DNA from: Eledone cirrhosa
Lineage: Eukaryota
DNA length: 64,000 nucleotides
Direction: 5' to 3'
NCBI GenBank assembly: GCA_964016885.1
Contig: OZ024754.1
Span: 38,068,001 to 38,132,000, forward strand
Shown: piece by piece, positions 39,301-51,400 of the stretch
How the letters are laid out: each line of letters starts with the position of its first letter
Position numbering within the stretch: position 1 is the stretch's first letter
Notes under the pieces: generated by a model
The model's input: only the letters and a program-made list of their open reading frames with translations
What the model was told of the DNA's origin: nothing
The model's database searches: none
Made by a program: the position numbers and the translations under genes

Positions 39301-42300
39301 TAATAGTGATGTTTTTAATAAAAAACCTTACTATTTCTCTCTTTAACAACATAAGTATGTAGGGACATAGTTGATATAAGATGTTTCTTGAGCACAAGCC
39401 TGGTGGAGTCCATCCCCTCTATAAGTCTGAACACAGCCAATTTCTTCCTGAGGAAGAGAGAGAGATTGATAAAGAGGACGTGAGAAAGTGATAAAGAGGA
39501 AGAATCCATCTCAGTACTGTACTGGTATTTTATTTATCAACCTTGAAAGGAATAAAGGCAAAGTTGACTTTGGCAGGATCTGAACTCAGAATGCAGAAAG
39601 CTGGAACATATATTGCAGAGCATTCTATCTGATTTTCTAATGATTCTACCAATTTTCTGCCTGAAGGCCGTGAAGGTGCGTGGCTTAGTGGTTAGAGCAT
39701 TGGGCTTGCTATCGAAAAGTTGTAAGTTCAATACTTGGACTGGGTGATGTGTTGTTTCCTTGAGCAAGACACTTTATTTCACATTGCTCCAGTTTACTCA
39801 GCTGTAGAAATGAGATGATAGGACTGGGGTCCCTATCATTCCACTGCAAAGTGGTCGTGGAGGCGCCACGGCAAAAAAGCACCCAGCCCACACTGTAAAG
39901 TGGACGTGTAGGCGCCACGGAAAAAAAGCAGCCAGCACTCACTGTAAATGAGGTTGTTGTTAGGAAGGGCATCCAGCTGTAGAAATCAAGCCAGAGTCAG
40001 TTCCTGTATGAGCAAGACAAGGTCAGCCGGCCGGACACTGCCCACAACAGGACAACCCGTCTAACCCATGCTAGCGTGGAAGAACGGACGTAAAACGGTG
40101 ATGATGATGATGATGATACAATAACCGAACACATCACTTATATGTTTTCTCCTTCCAGAGGTGGCTGCAGTTGGTGAAACTGATGTATTGAAATTACAAG
40201 ACTTAATTTCTTTGATCTGCAAAGAGGAGCTGAATGCTTTGACAATAATAAGTCAGCCTCAGGTAGAACATCAAGAGGAATTAATTTCATTCTGGATTGA
40301 AGAGACTCATACAATGAAGATGGAACTCGTAGAAGACGACCACATCCGGTTAAGGACATGTGGAGACTCTCCTTTCATTGGTAAGGCATTATTATTATAA
40401 AACTTTCCTCCAATTAGTGAAGCAATATCACTGATGTTTCTTCCTTTCCTTGCTATCACATTCATTTACCTCTTATCATCTTGTCATTACAGAGAGGGCT
40501 GAGTGCATCTTATTGTGGCATCAACACTGCCACTTCGCCATGTGAGCTGGATATATTTTATCATGGCACCAACACTACCACTTTACAGAGTGGGCTTGGT
40601 GTATTTTATTGTGGCACCAGAACCACCCCTTTACAGAGTGGGTTGTGTGCATTTTATTGTGGCACCAGCACTATCATTTGATCTTGACCTCTGCCACCTT
40701 AATCTTCCCCTCCTCGACTTCCAGTTCTTCATCTAGCCATGACAGCATGAAAAGACAAGTGCACCCCACAATGTACTCCTTATATTTCAATATAACACTA
40801 TCTATTGGCTTTCCCCTCTCCTCCTTATATATACATTATACCAACAGAGATTCCTTCCAAGCTCTTACTTCCCCTCCCTTTTTTTTATGTCATGACTATG
40901 TGTGTATTTGGTTAAGAATAGGGACTCTGTATACTTGCATGCCATAAAAAGCAACTAAAAGCATTGGTGTCAGGAAGGGCATCTGGCTGTAAAACATTGC
41001 CTCAAAAAGTCCCACCCAACCTTTGCCAGCATAGAAAAGGAAACATAAAAATGATGATGATGATGCAATCACCATCATCATCATCATCGACATAATGGAA
41101 ACTTTTCTCTTTAACTAACTGGTTTTGTTTGTTTATAGAGAGCATTGTCAAACTGGATGAAAGTGGAGAACCTATGACAGTTGGTAACTACAGTGGAGGA
41201 GAGGACATTGGATCAAGCTGGACAGAAAAAATCATGAATCTGAAATTGACCGATAGCCCAAGCACGGCCGTAGCTGCTGCTCAGGGTGAATGTGCTGATG
41301 ATGATGAATGGGTAAGTGAACCAGTTCATTAATAATAATAATGATAATAATGAAATTATTGTGTACAGTGCTCAGGTGCACTACAACTCATCAAAGGTGC
41401 ATGTATAGTACATAGAATAATGTACAAATGTCAGGAAAATGAACAGTGTATGAGTCATGATATAATAACAATAACAATAATGAAATATTGTGCACAGTGC
41501 CCAGGTGCACCACAACCCATCAAAAAAGTGCATGTACAGTACATAGGGCATGCACAAACATCAGTAAAATGAACAGTGCACGAGTCATGATACACACATG
41601 TGTGCATGTGTATGGAATACTATATCTTTAATGAAATACACAGGCAATGCGTTATTAATTTTGAAGTGAGCATGTGGTTAGAATGTCTTGGGAAAGAATC
41701 GCTGGACAGATTTTACGAGCAAAAACAAACTGGAAGGAGACCCAGTGGTAGACCCCCAAGCAAGATGGTTGGACAACATCAATGAGCTGAGCTGGTTTCA
41801 ATTGGGGATCCAGCTAGATAAGTTAGAGATGGTTGCTTCTGACAGGACCTACTAGGAGTGTTTGAGGACTTTGCCCTCACATCCCTTTCAAGAATAAGTG
41901 GGCGAAGAAGGAGAAGGCGGAATTTAGTAAAATTACTTTTTCATTATTAAGTTAATGTTTGAAATATAGCATAAATATTTCTTACATGAAGTTATAATGG
42001 AAGGTTTTTAAAGTTTGATGTGCAGTGTTGGTGTGGATGAACTGAGAGACAAGTTATGTATAAGAGGGATCAGATGCAGTGTGCAAGAGAGAGAGAGATG
42101 ACCTGCTGGTTTGGACATGTGATGCATATGGGTGAGGAATACTGGGTAAAAAAAGTCTCAGGTGATGCCAGTGGAAGGAAGCTGCTGTAGAGTAAGACTA
42201 TGAAAGACTTTGGCAGAAGTGGTGAGAGCTGATCTTAAAATACTGAACCTGACAGTGAAAATGATGAAGGGAGGTTGAGCTGGAGAGGACTCGTTCAACC

Positions 42301-42606
42301 CTTGCAAACTTGCAAAGCTATCTATCTATACTGACTGCCAGGTCAGCCAGCTATCTTTACACATGCCTGCCAAAATGGTGCCATGATAAAATGCACTCAA
42401 TTGAACCATATGTAAGCAAGATACAAACCTACTGGCCTGTCTGGAAGGGCTATAGTTATGCTGACACATCCAGCCATTGTTAGCAGGAAAAATGGATGTT
42501 AAATGATGTTTACTGACTAAGAACCAAAAATGTTTTCTTTTATGATAGATCTTTCCACTGGTTAGTAACTGATCTATCTTTACCTCTCTATTTTCAGGAT
42601 GACTAA
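18195..42606 (+). CDS. ARPIN: Arpin (Arp2/3 complex inhibitor), whole CDS: join(18195..18286,28508..28583,37370..37502,40159..40380,41139..41311,42598..42606), 705 nt, 234 aa
   Basis: Six GT-AG exons with compatible phases give MSRLYDNQPLQNLAVKTYSWAKLWNPTPYKSGCGVIIEGTIRGRSRLAITDKDKNKFRYVVLHIVCQRAHKRKFDATNKEIEPNFSETQKVSTGFLNSSYKVAAVGETD...SWTEKIM...GECADDDEWDD*. It matches recalled Arpin motifs (MSRxY, RKFD..EIEPNFS, TGFL.SSYKV, SWT..IM, acidic EWDD tail). Confidence 0.96.
20430..21045 (+). mobile_element. RTE-clade LINE 3' part
   Basis: ORF 20456..21019 with MLHGSETW, RRLRWYGHVLR and RGRPRKTW; tail cccacccttgcaagcagggaaaagcggacgtaaaa(tga)n. Confidence 0.92.
22117..22161 (-). ncRNA. Minimal type I hammerhead-like motif
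   Basis: agtca CTGAAGA g-gtcaca-gagtg-tgtgac GAAA gaac TA tgatt. Confidence 0.5.
24001..25340 (-). mobile_element. RTE-clade LINE (RT to 3' end), frameshifted
   Basis: FVDLEKAFDRVP, LYADDLVL, MLHGSETW, same tail. Confidence 0.92.
25386..25778 (-). mobile_element. RTE-clade LINE 3' fragment
   Basis: ORF 25409..25780, same C-terminus and tail. Confidence 0.9.
26393..26443 (+). ncRNA. Hammerhead-like motif, same family as 10038-10086
   Basis: agattc CTGATGA tttc-taaa-gaat GAAA cag-ttctagtc-ctg TA gaatct. Confidence 0.55.
26760..27530 (+). mobile_element. Degraded RTE LINE fragment
   Basis: WPCSICRKGVGRNSI, FCYLGD and MLHGSETW remnants. Confidence 0.8.
27954..28144 (+). mobile_element. Full-length family A tRNA-derived SINE with 18-bp TSD
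   Basis: TSD attatgagttaattaatt at 27936-27953 and 28145-28162; A-box-like tggcagtatcgg; B-box gttcaaatcc. Confidence 0.9.
28508..28583 (+). CDS. ARPIN: Arpin coding exon 2 (SGCGVIIEG...DKNK)
   Basis: ttttcag| acceptor, AAG|gtgagt donor; 76 nt. Confidence 0.94.
28703..29078 (+). mobile_element. CORE-type tRNA-derived SINE (family B); other copies at 34736-34900, 39672-40117, ~62300-62425 (-) and ~49620-49780 (-)
   Basis: tRNA-like head tagtggttagagc..gttcaattc; MIR/CORE-like ccttgagcaagacactt...cagtttactcagctgtagaaatg; RTE-type tail. Confidence 0.8.
29660..30790. repeat. 24-bp minisatellite (gatgytgagtgagagtagcttaca) with 36-bp variants, Arpin intron 2
   Basis: About 45 units; produces the MLSESSLQ pseudo-ORF. 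Confidence 0.97.
30876..31440 (-). mobile_element. CR1-clade LINE 3' part
   Basis: TLKLRRLATDL, TRGHANKVRK..FRKHFSTLRVAEAWNKLP..EIRQHYT*, (ATT)n tail. Confidence 0.88.
32049..33772. repeat. 21-bp minisatellite (caccaacacatcaacaaacac), about 66 units, decaying into an ACC-rich tract
   Basis: Seen directly; produces the VLVVFVD pseudo-ORF. Confidence 0.98.
35688..36320 (-). mobile_element. R4/Dong-clade non-LTR retrotransposon 3' end (restriction-like endonuclease)
   Basis: ORF 35830..36189 WNFSIQTDR..NRPDII...LIDMSVP..EKLSKYKDL..VVGALG; 3' UTR ends in (TAA)n; both flanks are (ATT)n. Confidence 0.85.
37370..37502 (+). CDS. ARPIN: Arpin coding exon 3 (FRYVVLHI...EIEPNFS...SSY)
   Basis: ttccatag| acceptor, |gtaagt donor; 133 nt; carries the most conserved Arpin motif. 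Confidence 0.96.
37964..38199. mobile_element. piggyBac-type MITE (TTAA TSD, CCCTTT ends); copies at ~38945-39135 and 54900-55110 (inverted)
   Basis: ttaa|cccttta...taaaggg|ttaa; internal sequence shared among the copies. Confidence 0.8.
39672..40117 (+). mobile_element. Full-length CORE-type SINE (family B)
   Basis: Head, CORE, ccacactgtaaagtgg modules, gttaggaagggcatccagctgt and (GAT)n tail. Confidence 0.85.
40159..40380 (+). CDS. ARPIN: Arpin coding exon 4 (KVAAVGETD...GDSPFI)
   Basis: ccttccag| acceptor, G|gtaagg donor; 222 nt; overlaps ORF 40161..40400. Confidence 0.95.
41139..41311 (+). CDS. ARPIN: Arpin coding exon 5 (ESIVKLD...ADDDEW)
   Basis: tttatag| acceptor, TGG|gtaagt donor; 173 nt; overlaps ORF 41129..41332. 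Confidence 0.95.
41331..41615 (-). mobile_element. Two tandem CR1 3' UTR fragments right after Arpin exon 5
   Basis: aatgaaattattgtgtacagtgctcaggtgcactacaactcatc occurs twice. Confidence 0.8.
42598..42606 (+). CDS. ARPIN: Arpin terminal exon, coding part (DD-stop)
   Basis: Pyrimidine tract and ttttcag|GAT GAC TAA complete the acidic EWDD motif. Confidence 0.9.
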   Translation, partial: DD

Positions 42607-42831
42607 GTTGGAGATACAGATGGAAAGTTGGACAGATGGAAAGAGTTACAGAAAGAAAGAAAAGAGAGAACAAAAGGAGATAACACATCAATAGTTCAGA
42701 ATTACTAATTTCCATTGAATTCCTATAGAAGACATCATATTTCTTAACATTTTGCTTGCTAGCTCCGTTTTTATCTTTCCTATCATCCATGATAACACTC
42801 ATCAACCCATGACCCATTCCCATATATATTT

Positions 42832-42863
<32 letters not shown>

Positions 42864-42864
42864 G

Positions 42865-42928
<64 letters not shown>

Positions 42929-42990
42929 CACACACACACACACATACATATATATGTATATATATATATATATATATTTACACACACATA

Positions 42991-43042
<52 letters not shown>

Positions 43043-43531
43043 CACACACACACTCATATATATATATATACAATAAGTTGATGGAACTAGCATGGGTTTC
43101 ACTGCTAGTGCCAGTTGCATCTCAGCGTACTCAATAAGAAATGTTAAATACACTCCCAGAGCAGACAAATAGTTATTTGCTTCAATACAACAGATGTAAA
43201 GGGATACCTTCAATCTTTACCCATACTTGAGTTTCGGCCACACTTAATGCAGCAATAGAGTGCACAGCATCTTCTGTCTGCATTTATTATGCAACAATGC
43301 ACAATTGGTGCACTTGGCTTCATCAGCGGGTTTCGCCTAATCAATAACCAATCGATCGACAGAATTCGATTCCCGTCCGTGAAGGCCAACACAGTAAAAC
43401 ATTAGCAACTGAAATCCCTACGCGTCATTGCAATGCCATTCACCAATTGGCTACTGATTCAGAAATTTATGTGATGGCAGGGGATGAAATTCATGGCTCC
43501 TGCCATAAATTATATATAGAGATATAATTTA

Positions 43532-43760
43532 GAATGTATGTTAACTAAAAGTAAGCTGCTTCAAGGACAGTTTTTTTACGATAAAAAATAGGGAAAATAG
43601 TTGAACTAGTTGGACATATAAGCCCCTAGAAATGGAAAAAGACACAGGTGATGTTGTCTATTTTTGTCATGTCTAGGAGTTTATATGCCCAACTCTCTGG
43701 ACTATTTTTCATAGTCAATAAACCTGTGTTAAATTAACTTACTTTCAGCTAACATAATTC
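43532..43760. mobile_element. Degenerate fold-back (MITE-like) element
   Basis: gaatgtatgttaactaaaagtaag / cttactttcagctaacataattc and inner agttggacatataagcccctaga / tctaggagtttatatgcccaact are inverted pairs. Confidence 0.6.
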
Positions 43761-43778
43761 AATATATATATGTGTGTG

Positions 43779-43815
<37 letters not shown>

Positions 43816-43917
43816 TATATATATGCGTGTGTGTTATATATATATATATAAAATATTATATATATGCGTGTGTGTATTATATATATATATATAAAATATT
43901 ATATATATGCGTGTGTG

Positions 43918-43956
<39 letters not shown>

Positions 43957-43975
43957 TATATATATGCGTGTGTGT

Positions 43976-44007
<32 letters not shown>

Positions 44008-44128
44008 TATATATATGCATGTGTGTATTATATATATATATATAAAATATTATATATATGCGTGTGTGTATTATATATATATATGTGTGTGTGTACATAC
44101 ACACATTTATATATGTATATGAAACTAA

Positions 44129-45221
44129 AGCAATTACATTGTGGGAGAGTTATCTTAGCCCTTCAAAAACTCACAAAATCTGTTGTTAAATTCGCTTTAC
44201 ATTTCTCATTTGTTTGTTGGTGTCAAAATAATATTTTCTTAACATAGTTTATGACCTGGTCACTGTAACTCAGTGGAACTGTGTTGGGACTATATTACAA
44301 AATAATATTTTCACTACACTAACTATTTCACCTTTCTCTGCTGATTCCTTGCACTCCCAACACTTTCTCAGCCCAGGAAAGCCTGGCGCACACCCAAATG
44401 ATGGACAACACACAACCACATGCCCTAAGCAGTATATAAATATCTTCCTTTTAGACCACCAAGGGAGGCTTGGCACCACCATGACCCCAACCTTTAGTGA
44501 TGAAATGATGGACCCCTCCCCCATCAAAACCATGTTTACTAAATACCTTAGTGCTGTACTGAAATAGTGATGATGCCACTACAAAAACACCCAGTCCAAC
44601 CTATGAGACAGAAGTGCTGGTGCCACTTCAAAAGCACCCAGTTCACCCTGTAAAGTGGTAGTCCTGGTGCCACTACAAAAGCACCCAGTCCACTCTGTGA
44701 GGTGGTATTGTTGGTACCACTCCAAAAGCACCCAGTCCATCCTGTGAAGTAGTAATGCTGGTGTCACTAGAAATCACCCAGTCCATCCTATAAGATGGCA
44801 GTACTGGTACCATTACAAAAGCACCCAGTCCACCCTGGTAGGGAGTTGGTAGTATCGGACTCATGATAAAATGCTCCCAGTACATTCTGTAAAGTGGATG
44901 GTGTTAGGAAGGACATCTAGCTGTCAAAACAAAACTTATGAGCTTGCTAGGACTTAGCTAGTCACCTGACTCATCTGGCCACAGCACGTGACAACCTTCT
45001 AACCCATGCAAGCATGGAAAATAGATGTTAAACAGTGATGATGATTATTGTGCTGGTTATGGCCTGGTCACTGCAACTCAATGGCGCTATGATAGGGATT
45101 ATGTTACAAACAATACAACAAATATTTTGACAGCAAGAAATAAACGATAAGTATAAAGTGTTTTTAACAGTTTTTGTGTATTTTTGAATGGCTAAAATGA
45201 CTCTTCCTTGATGTAATTGCT
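44129..45221. mobile_element. TIR element (~100-bp inverted ends) interrupted by a SINE or RTE-3'UTR insertion
   Basis: 44129-44232 is the diverged reverse complement of ~45120-45221. Confidence 0.6.
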
Positions 45222-45230
45222 CTCTCTCTC

Positions 45231-45265
<35 letters not shown>

Positions 45266-45431
45266 GTAGAACAGTGGAAGGTAATATCCGTAGTGGTAGA
45301 GCACTCCATGGGACGAGTTTGGTAGAAGATCGGTTGTTCTTCCTGTTCCATATAACCGTGACCAGTACGAGCTGAAGACCCGCTAAGGTAAAACAATTGA
45401 TCTCGGTATGGTGAACTAACTGTTGTGTTAC

Positions 45432-45467
<36 letters not shown>

Positions 45468-46036
45468 CTTTTATTAATTATTTTTATTTTATTTGTTCAT
45501 TTTATTCTAATGGCAGTTACACACTTCTTTAAATTCACACAATGATTGTATATTAGTTGGTTTAAAGCAGTGGAATTAAACTGTATGGAGCTGAACACTT
45601 GATTCTGATGATCTTTTATAAATATTGATTATAGCTGTGGTTTAATGTTCAAAATTTAAATATAGTAGGGATTTTCCTTGGAAAATCTGTGATATATTTA
45701 GTCACTTATCATGTCACACCAAGCTATGTCTGACACCCAACTTAAAAATCATTGGTTAGTGTGCAATACTTTTCTTTTTCTAATAAGATGGCGATTTTCA
45801 AGGTTTCTCCTTTAAATCTAACCCATTAGTTGGCTAACTTTGGTGATAATCTTTATAAATAACTAGGAAAGCAATGATTAGACTCTCACAATTTGAAGTA
45901 TTAAGAACGTCTGTAGAAAATTTTGTCACACCCAGTGTGACACTTATGGCAGTTTACTTGACACTTTTAATGGCTTTCTTTCAAAACCTAACTACTTTCC
46001 ATATCACCTCTAGTAACTTGCTACAATACTTTTATT

Positions 46037-47445
46037 AGCTTGCCCCTGACATCTTAATCCATTTCCCTACGTTTTAAAATGTCATAGCAATGGCTTGCCC
46101 TGACATCTTAATCCATTTCCCTACAACATTTTAAGACGTCATAACAATGGCTTGCCCTGACATCTTAATCCATTTCCCTACAACATTTTAAGACGTCATA
46201 ACAATGGCTTGCCCTGACATCTTAATCCATTTCCCTACAACATTTTAAGACGTCATAGCAGTGGCTTGCCCTGACATCTTAATCCATTTCCCTCCAATGT
46301 TTTAAGACGTCATAACAATGGCTTGCCATGACATCTTAATCCATTTCCCTACAACATTTTAAAATGTCATAACAATGGCTTGCCCTGACATCTTAATCCA
46401 TTTCCCTACAACATTTTAAGACGTCATAACAATGGCTTGCCCTGACATCTTAATCCATTTCCCTACAACATTTTAAAATGTCATAACAATGGCTTGCCCT
46501 GACATCTTAATCCATTTCCCTACAACATTTTAAAATGTCATAACAATGGCTTGCCCTGACATCTTAATCCATTTCCCTACAACATTTTAAGACGTCATAA
46601 CAATGGCTTGCCCTGACATCTTAATCCATTTCCCTCCAATGTTTTAAGACGTCATAGCAGTGGCTTGCCCTGACATCTTAATCCATTTCCCTCCAATGTT
46701 TTAAGACGTCATAACAATGGCTTGCCCTGACATCTTAATCCATTTCCCTCCAATGTTTTAAGACGTCATAACAATGGCTTGCCCTGACATCTTAATCCAT
46801 TTCCCTCCAATGTTTTAAGACGTCATAGCAGTGGCTTGCCCTGACATCTTAATCCATTTCCCTCCAATGTTTTAAGACGTCATAACAATGGCTTGCCCTG
46901 ACATCTTAATCCATTTCCCTCCAATGTTTTAAGAAGTCATAACAATGGCTTGCCCTGACATCTTAATCCATTTCCCTCCAATGTTTTAAGACGTCATAGC
47001 AGTGGCTTGCCCTGACATCTTAATCCATTTCCCTCCAATGTTTTAAGACGTCATAACAATGGCTTGCCCTGACATCTTAATCCATTTACCTCCAATGTTT
47101 TAAGACGTCATAGCAGTGGCTTGCCCTGACATCTTAATCCATTTCCCTCCAATGTTTTAAGACGTCATAACAATGGCTTGCCCTGACATCTTAATCCATT
47201 TACCTCCAATGTTTTAAGACGTCATAGCAGTGGCTTGCCCTGACATCTTAATCCATTTCCCTCCAATGTTTTAAGACGTCATAACAATGGCTTGCCCTGA
47301 CATCTTAATCCATTTCCCTCCAATGTTTTAAGACGTCATAGCAGTGGCTTGCCCTGACATTTTAATCCATTTACCTCCAATGTTTTAAGACGTCATAGCA
47401 GTGGCTTGCCCTGACATCTTAATCCATTTCCCTCCAATGTCATCT
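46037..47445. repeat. 57-bp tandem repeat, about 24-25 copies, between the convergent genes
   Basis: Unit ggcttgccctgacatcttaatccatttccctacaacattttaagacgtcataacaat; period checked at 46092/46149. Confidence 0.98.
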
Positions 47446-47812
47446 TAATGGCTTTCCTAACACTCTTAATGACACCTTAATTGCTTCCATGACACTCTTA
47501 GTAGCTTACTGCAACACCTCTAGCTGCTTGTATAACATGTGGTCACAGGATCTGCTATGAATAGCAGCCAAATCCCTTCAAATCCCACACTATCTTAAAA
47601 AAGGAAAGATTGCATTAGATCATGTAGTCCTAGATAGCCCTAAAAAGATGGGAATGTCACGGTTGAAGTGCCTTTGATCATTGGTTTGTTCAATCATGGT
47701 TGACTTGGGGGCTAAACAACAACTATTATACAACAGTTGAAGTTGGTTGTTTTCCAGTTGGATCTTAATCCATTCCTTGCTATCTTCACCAACTTAAATT
47801 TTGACGACTTTA

Positions 47813-48497
47813 CTCTTAACATCCTGTACCAAATGAAACCACATTAGCAAGACATTATTGAAAAGTACTAAACAGTACTTGACTGCATCATATTAAAACC
47901 TAAAGTCTTTACTGTAGTTTACTGCAAACTTTTCACAACAATCTGTCCAGTAGCAAAAACATTTGAATTATCAAACCTGCATTCAGATATTTTCTACTAA
48001 ATTATTAGAGGATGTTAAGAGTTAACCAAGATGTAACAGTGAGGTTATCCTATATGGGGCCAAGTAGTGTAGTTTGCCTTGATGTGAATCTTGCTAGAGG
48101 ATATGAACTTATAACATTTATTCTTTCTTGAGCTAAGTCCAACTTGATTAAACTGTGAAGATTATTTTTACTTAACAACCAGTAGTTAACTTTATTTTAC
48201 TAAAGGTCCAAAAAAAAATAAAGTAGAGTATTAACACTTAACGTCCTGTACTGCATGAAACTGCATTAACAAGACATTCTTGGAAAGTTCAAAACAATAC
48301 TATGACATCACACTAAAATCACATTCTTGAAAAGTAGAAAACAACATTATGGCTGCGTCACATTAAAAATTGAAGTCTTTATTCTAATACTGCAAATTTT
48401 CATAACAATCTGTCCACTAATAAAGATATTACAAATATTTGAATTAACAAACCCATATTTAGATATTTTCTGCTAAATCATTATAGGATGTTAAAGA
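47813..48497. mobile_element. Two copies of a TTAA-flanked MITE (47813-48021, ~48235-48497)
   Basis: TIR ctcttaacatcct / aggatgttaagag|ttaa; the internal sequence is duplicated. Confidence 0.65.
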
Positions 48498-51400
48498 AAA
48501 TATTAAGCTGATTGCAACCTGTAATTATCAATCAACTGTTAATTAAGTCAGCCAGTAAATTATCCACAAAGCTACTTTTTTTTCAATGATTAATTAATCC
48601 ATTACAATCCAAACGACAAAAGCAAGATGCTTCTTTTTTAAATTTTTTACAAATAAACAATAAGTTTTGACAATAGAGAAAGACTTGTACAGGATTAATA
48701 AACTCCAAAATAAGAGAAGCAGTTTTACAATCAAACAACAATGATCTGAAGTAGTTTTATAATCAAACCCTGAGAAGCTTGTGCTGTATTATGCAATATC
48801 TGCTTTTCTCTTCCTCAAATTTTATCAATCATCCTTCTCTGCAATATATCAGCAATTTTGTCGCATTCCTGACCCCCCCCCCCCCCCCATTTATACAGTG
48901 TCTATATACATTATATATGTAACTCGTGCAGATATATATATATATATCTTACATATACTTATATATTATATGACAAATAAAAGATATTTTTCTTGTTAGT
49001 ATTTTCAATTTTCTTTACTGCTATTTTGTAAAAACTATCCCATTTGTTGATCTTTTTGAATCTTTTGATATGACCATGCAGTTTAAGTACTCCTGACTTG
49101 ATAACTTATGTGATTGGTTAAAAGTTCAACTCATGGTGTGAGCAACTTATGCCTAGAAAGAAAATTAGCTGGTAAAAGAAGCAAAGGGTGACAGCCAAAA
49201 CAATGGCTCGATAATGTCAACTTATGGACTGGACTTGACCTTTGCTCTTTAAACTCTGTTGTTGGTGATCGAACTTTATGGAGAAAAATATCTCGTGTTG
49301 ATGCACAGTCTGCAACAGGCGGAGTGAGCATCTAGAGAGATCCCATCTGTAGATGGATGAAAATTTGGATACTTTACATATTGTCATGAACATTTTTTTC
49401 AAAGTTGAATAATCTTATTATTTGCAACAGTTTAACTGAAGGCACAGTGGAACATGTTTTGTTAGGTAGACTTTTTTCTTTCTTACTGTTTTTTCCCAAG
49501 CCTTGAGGTTCACCAGGTTGCTGCTTATACCAGTTTCATCAGTGTTAAGTGACTGAAAATGCAGTTCCCCTCTTCCCCACCTCCTTCTGGATAGTGGCTA
49601 GGGTGCCATTGTAGGGTTAACTCCTAACTACTGCTGGCACTTATTTTCAGCTGCATGTATGTACTAGAGTAATGTAAAATGAAGTGTTTTGCTCAAGAAT
49701 ATAACATACCACCTTGTTCAGGAATTGAACTCACAACATTATAATCATAAGTCCAACACCCTGACCACTATGCTGTGTACTTTAATAGATAGGTTTACTG
49801 CAACTTACAAACTTTTATAGAGGAAAATTTTCAACTAATGGCTATATAACATTTCTATATCATGATTTCAGTGAGCCATGAGGCTTGGTTAGGGATTTTG
49901 TTCATAATTAAATGGTTGCGAGTTTGGTTCCTGGCACCTCATTAATAAGACACTTTATTTCATGTTACTCCAGTTCACCCAGCTGACAAAAATGGGTTGT
50001 CTAATTCAAAAGGGGCTAGCTTTGACACTGAATCTCTCTGAGAATTATGTTAAAGATTTGCATGTCTGTATAATGCTCAGCCACTTGCATATTAATTTCA
50101 CAAGCAGGCTATTCTGTTGTTCCATTGACTGCAACATTCGTTGGAAGTGATAGAGGTCTGACTAAAAATATCTCACTAATATTTTAGCACTTTATAGAAA
50201 GTTTCTCTGTAATGGTAATAGCAATTGTAAATGTTCCCGAACACATATTCAATTTTCCACATTTTCCACTTCAGTGTGTATCCCAGGTTTTAGAATAGGT
50301 ACACTAGCTGTCCTGGTGTCATGCCAGTCTACCCTGTAAAGTGTTAGTGCTGATGCCACAAAATATGCACCCAGACCACCCTGTAAGGTGCTACAACAAA
50401 AAGCATCCAGTCCACCCTGTAAGGTGGTTGGACTGGTGCCACAACAAAAAGCACCCAGTTCACCTTGTCAAGTGGCAGTGCTTGTGCCACCAAAAAGCTC
50501 TCAAATACACATTTTAAGATGGTTTGGAGGACTCTTCACTTAAGTCAAGGGCATTAACCTTCACAATAATCAGTACACTCTGTAAAATGGTTTGGTGATA
50601 GGAAAGGCATCCAGCCATGGAAGACTCTTCAGTTGTGTCAAAGACATGACAGCCTCCCTAGTGTTGGCACTATGATAAAATGTACATGGTGTACTCTATA
50701 GAGTGTGGGAACATATGTTAGCAAGATGTTATCCATTTCATCCTGCCCTGGTCGATCTGAAAGATCAGTAGCACTGTTTTAACTAACTTAGCCTGTCATG
50801 ACCCTTTCTAACAGAAAGAAGCAGATGTTGAGTGGTGGTGATAACCAAAAGAGTATATATTTTATTCTAAAATTATTCACAATGTTTCGGTGTTAATACA
50901 TTTACATAAAAAGGTTGATCAGTCAATCACTAGATGCATATTTGTTTGCATAACAACAAAGTGCTGCAAAGATAATGGACAAAGCATTTTGTTGGACAAA
51001 TTATTATTTTCAGCTTTAGACACACAGGCAGTAAAAGGAAGTGGGGGAGAGAAGTCGACTTAACTGCTACTTTATTTTATCGACTGCTGAAAGAATGAAA
51101 AGTAAAGTTGACCTTGGTAGGATATGCACTTAGAATCTATAGGATCGGAAAAAATGCTGCAAAGCATTTTATCTGACACTAATGATACTGCCAATCAAAA
51201 ATTAATACTGTGTGTGATAGAAAAACCTCCCATATTTCTCACAGTGAACATGTAAAATAAAGGAGGTATTTCTGCTATACCATGTGGAAGTATATAGATA
51301 ATATATTTGATTAGAAATATGGCTACAGAAGAGTTAAAGCACTTATTATGAAATTTCTTAGATTTTAAAAGTAAAAAAAAAAAATATTTATTACTTAGTA

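Noticed and set aside
46037-47445. Possible CRISPR-like array
   Set aside because: Contiguous units with no unique spacers, no cas genes, eukaryotic context.
49130-49335. Possible further host exon
   Set aside because: The plus strand reads LERKLAGKRSKG*QPKQWLDNV, a decayed RTE-like C-terminus.
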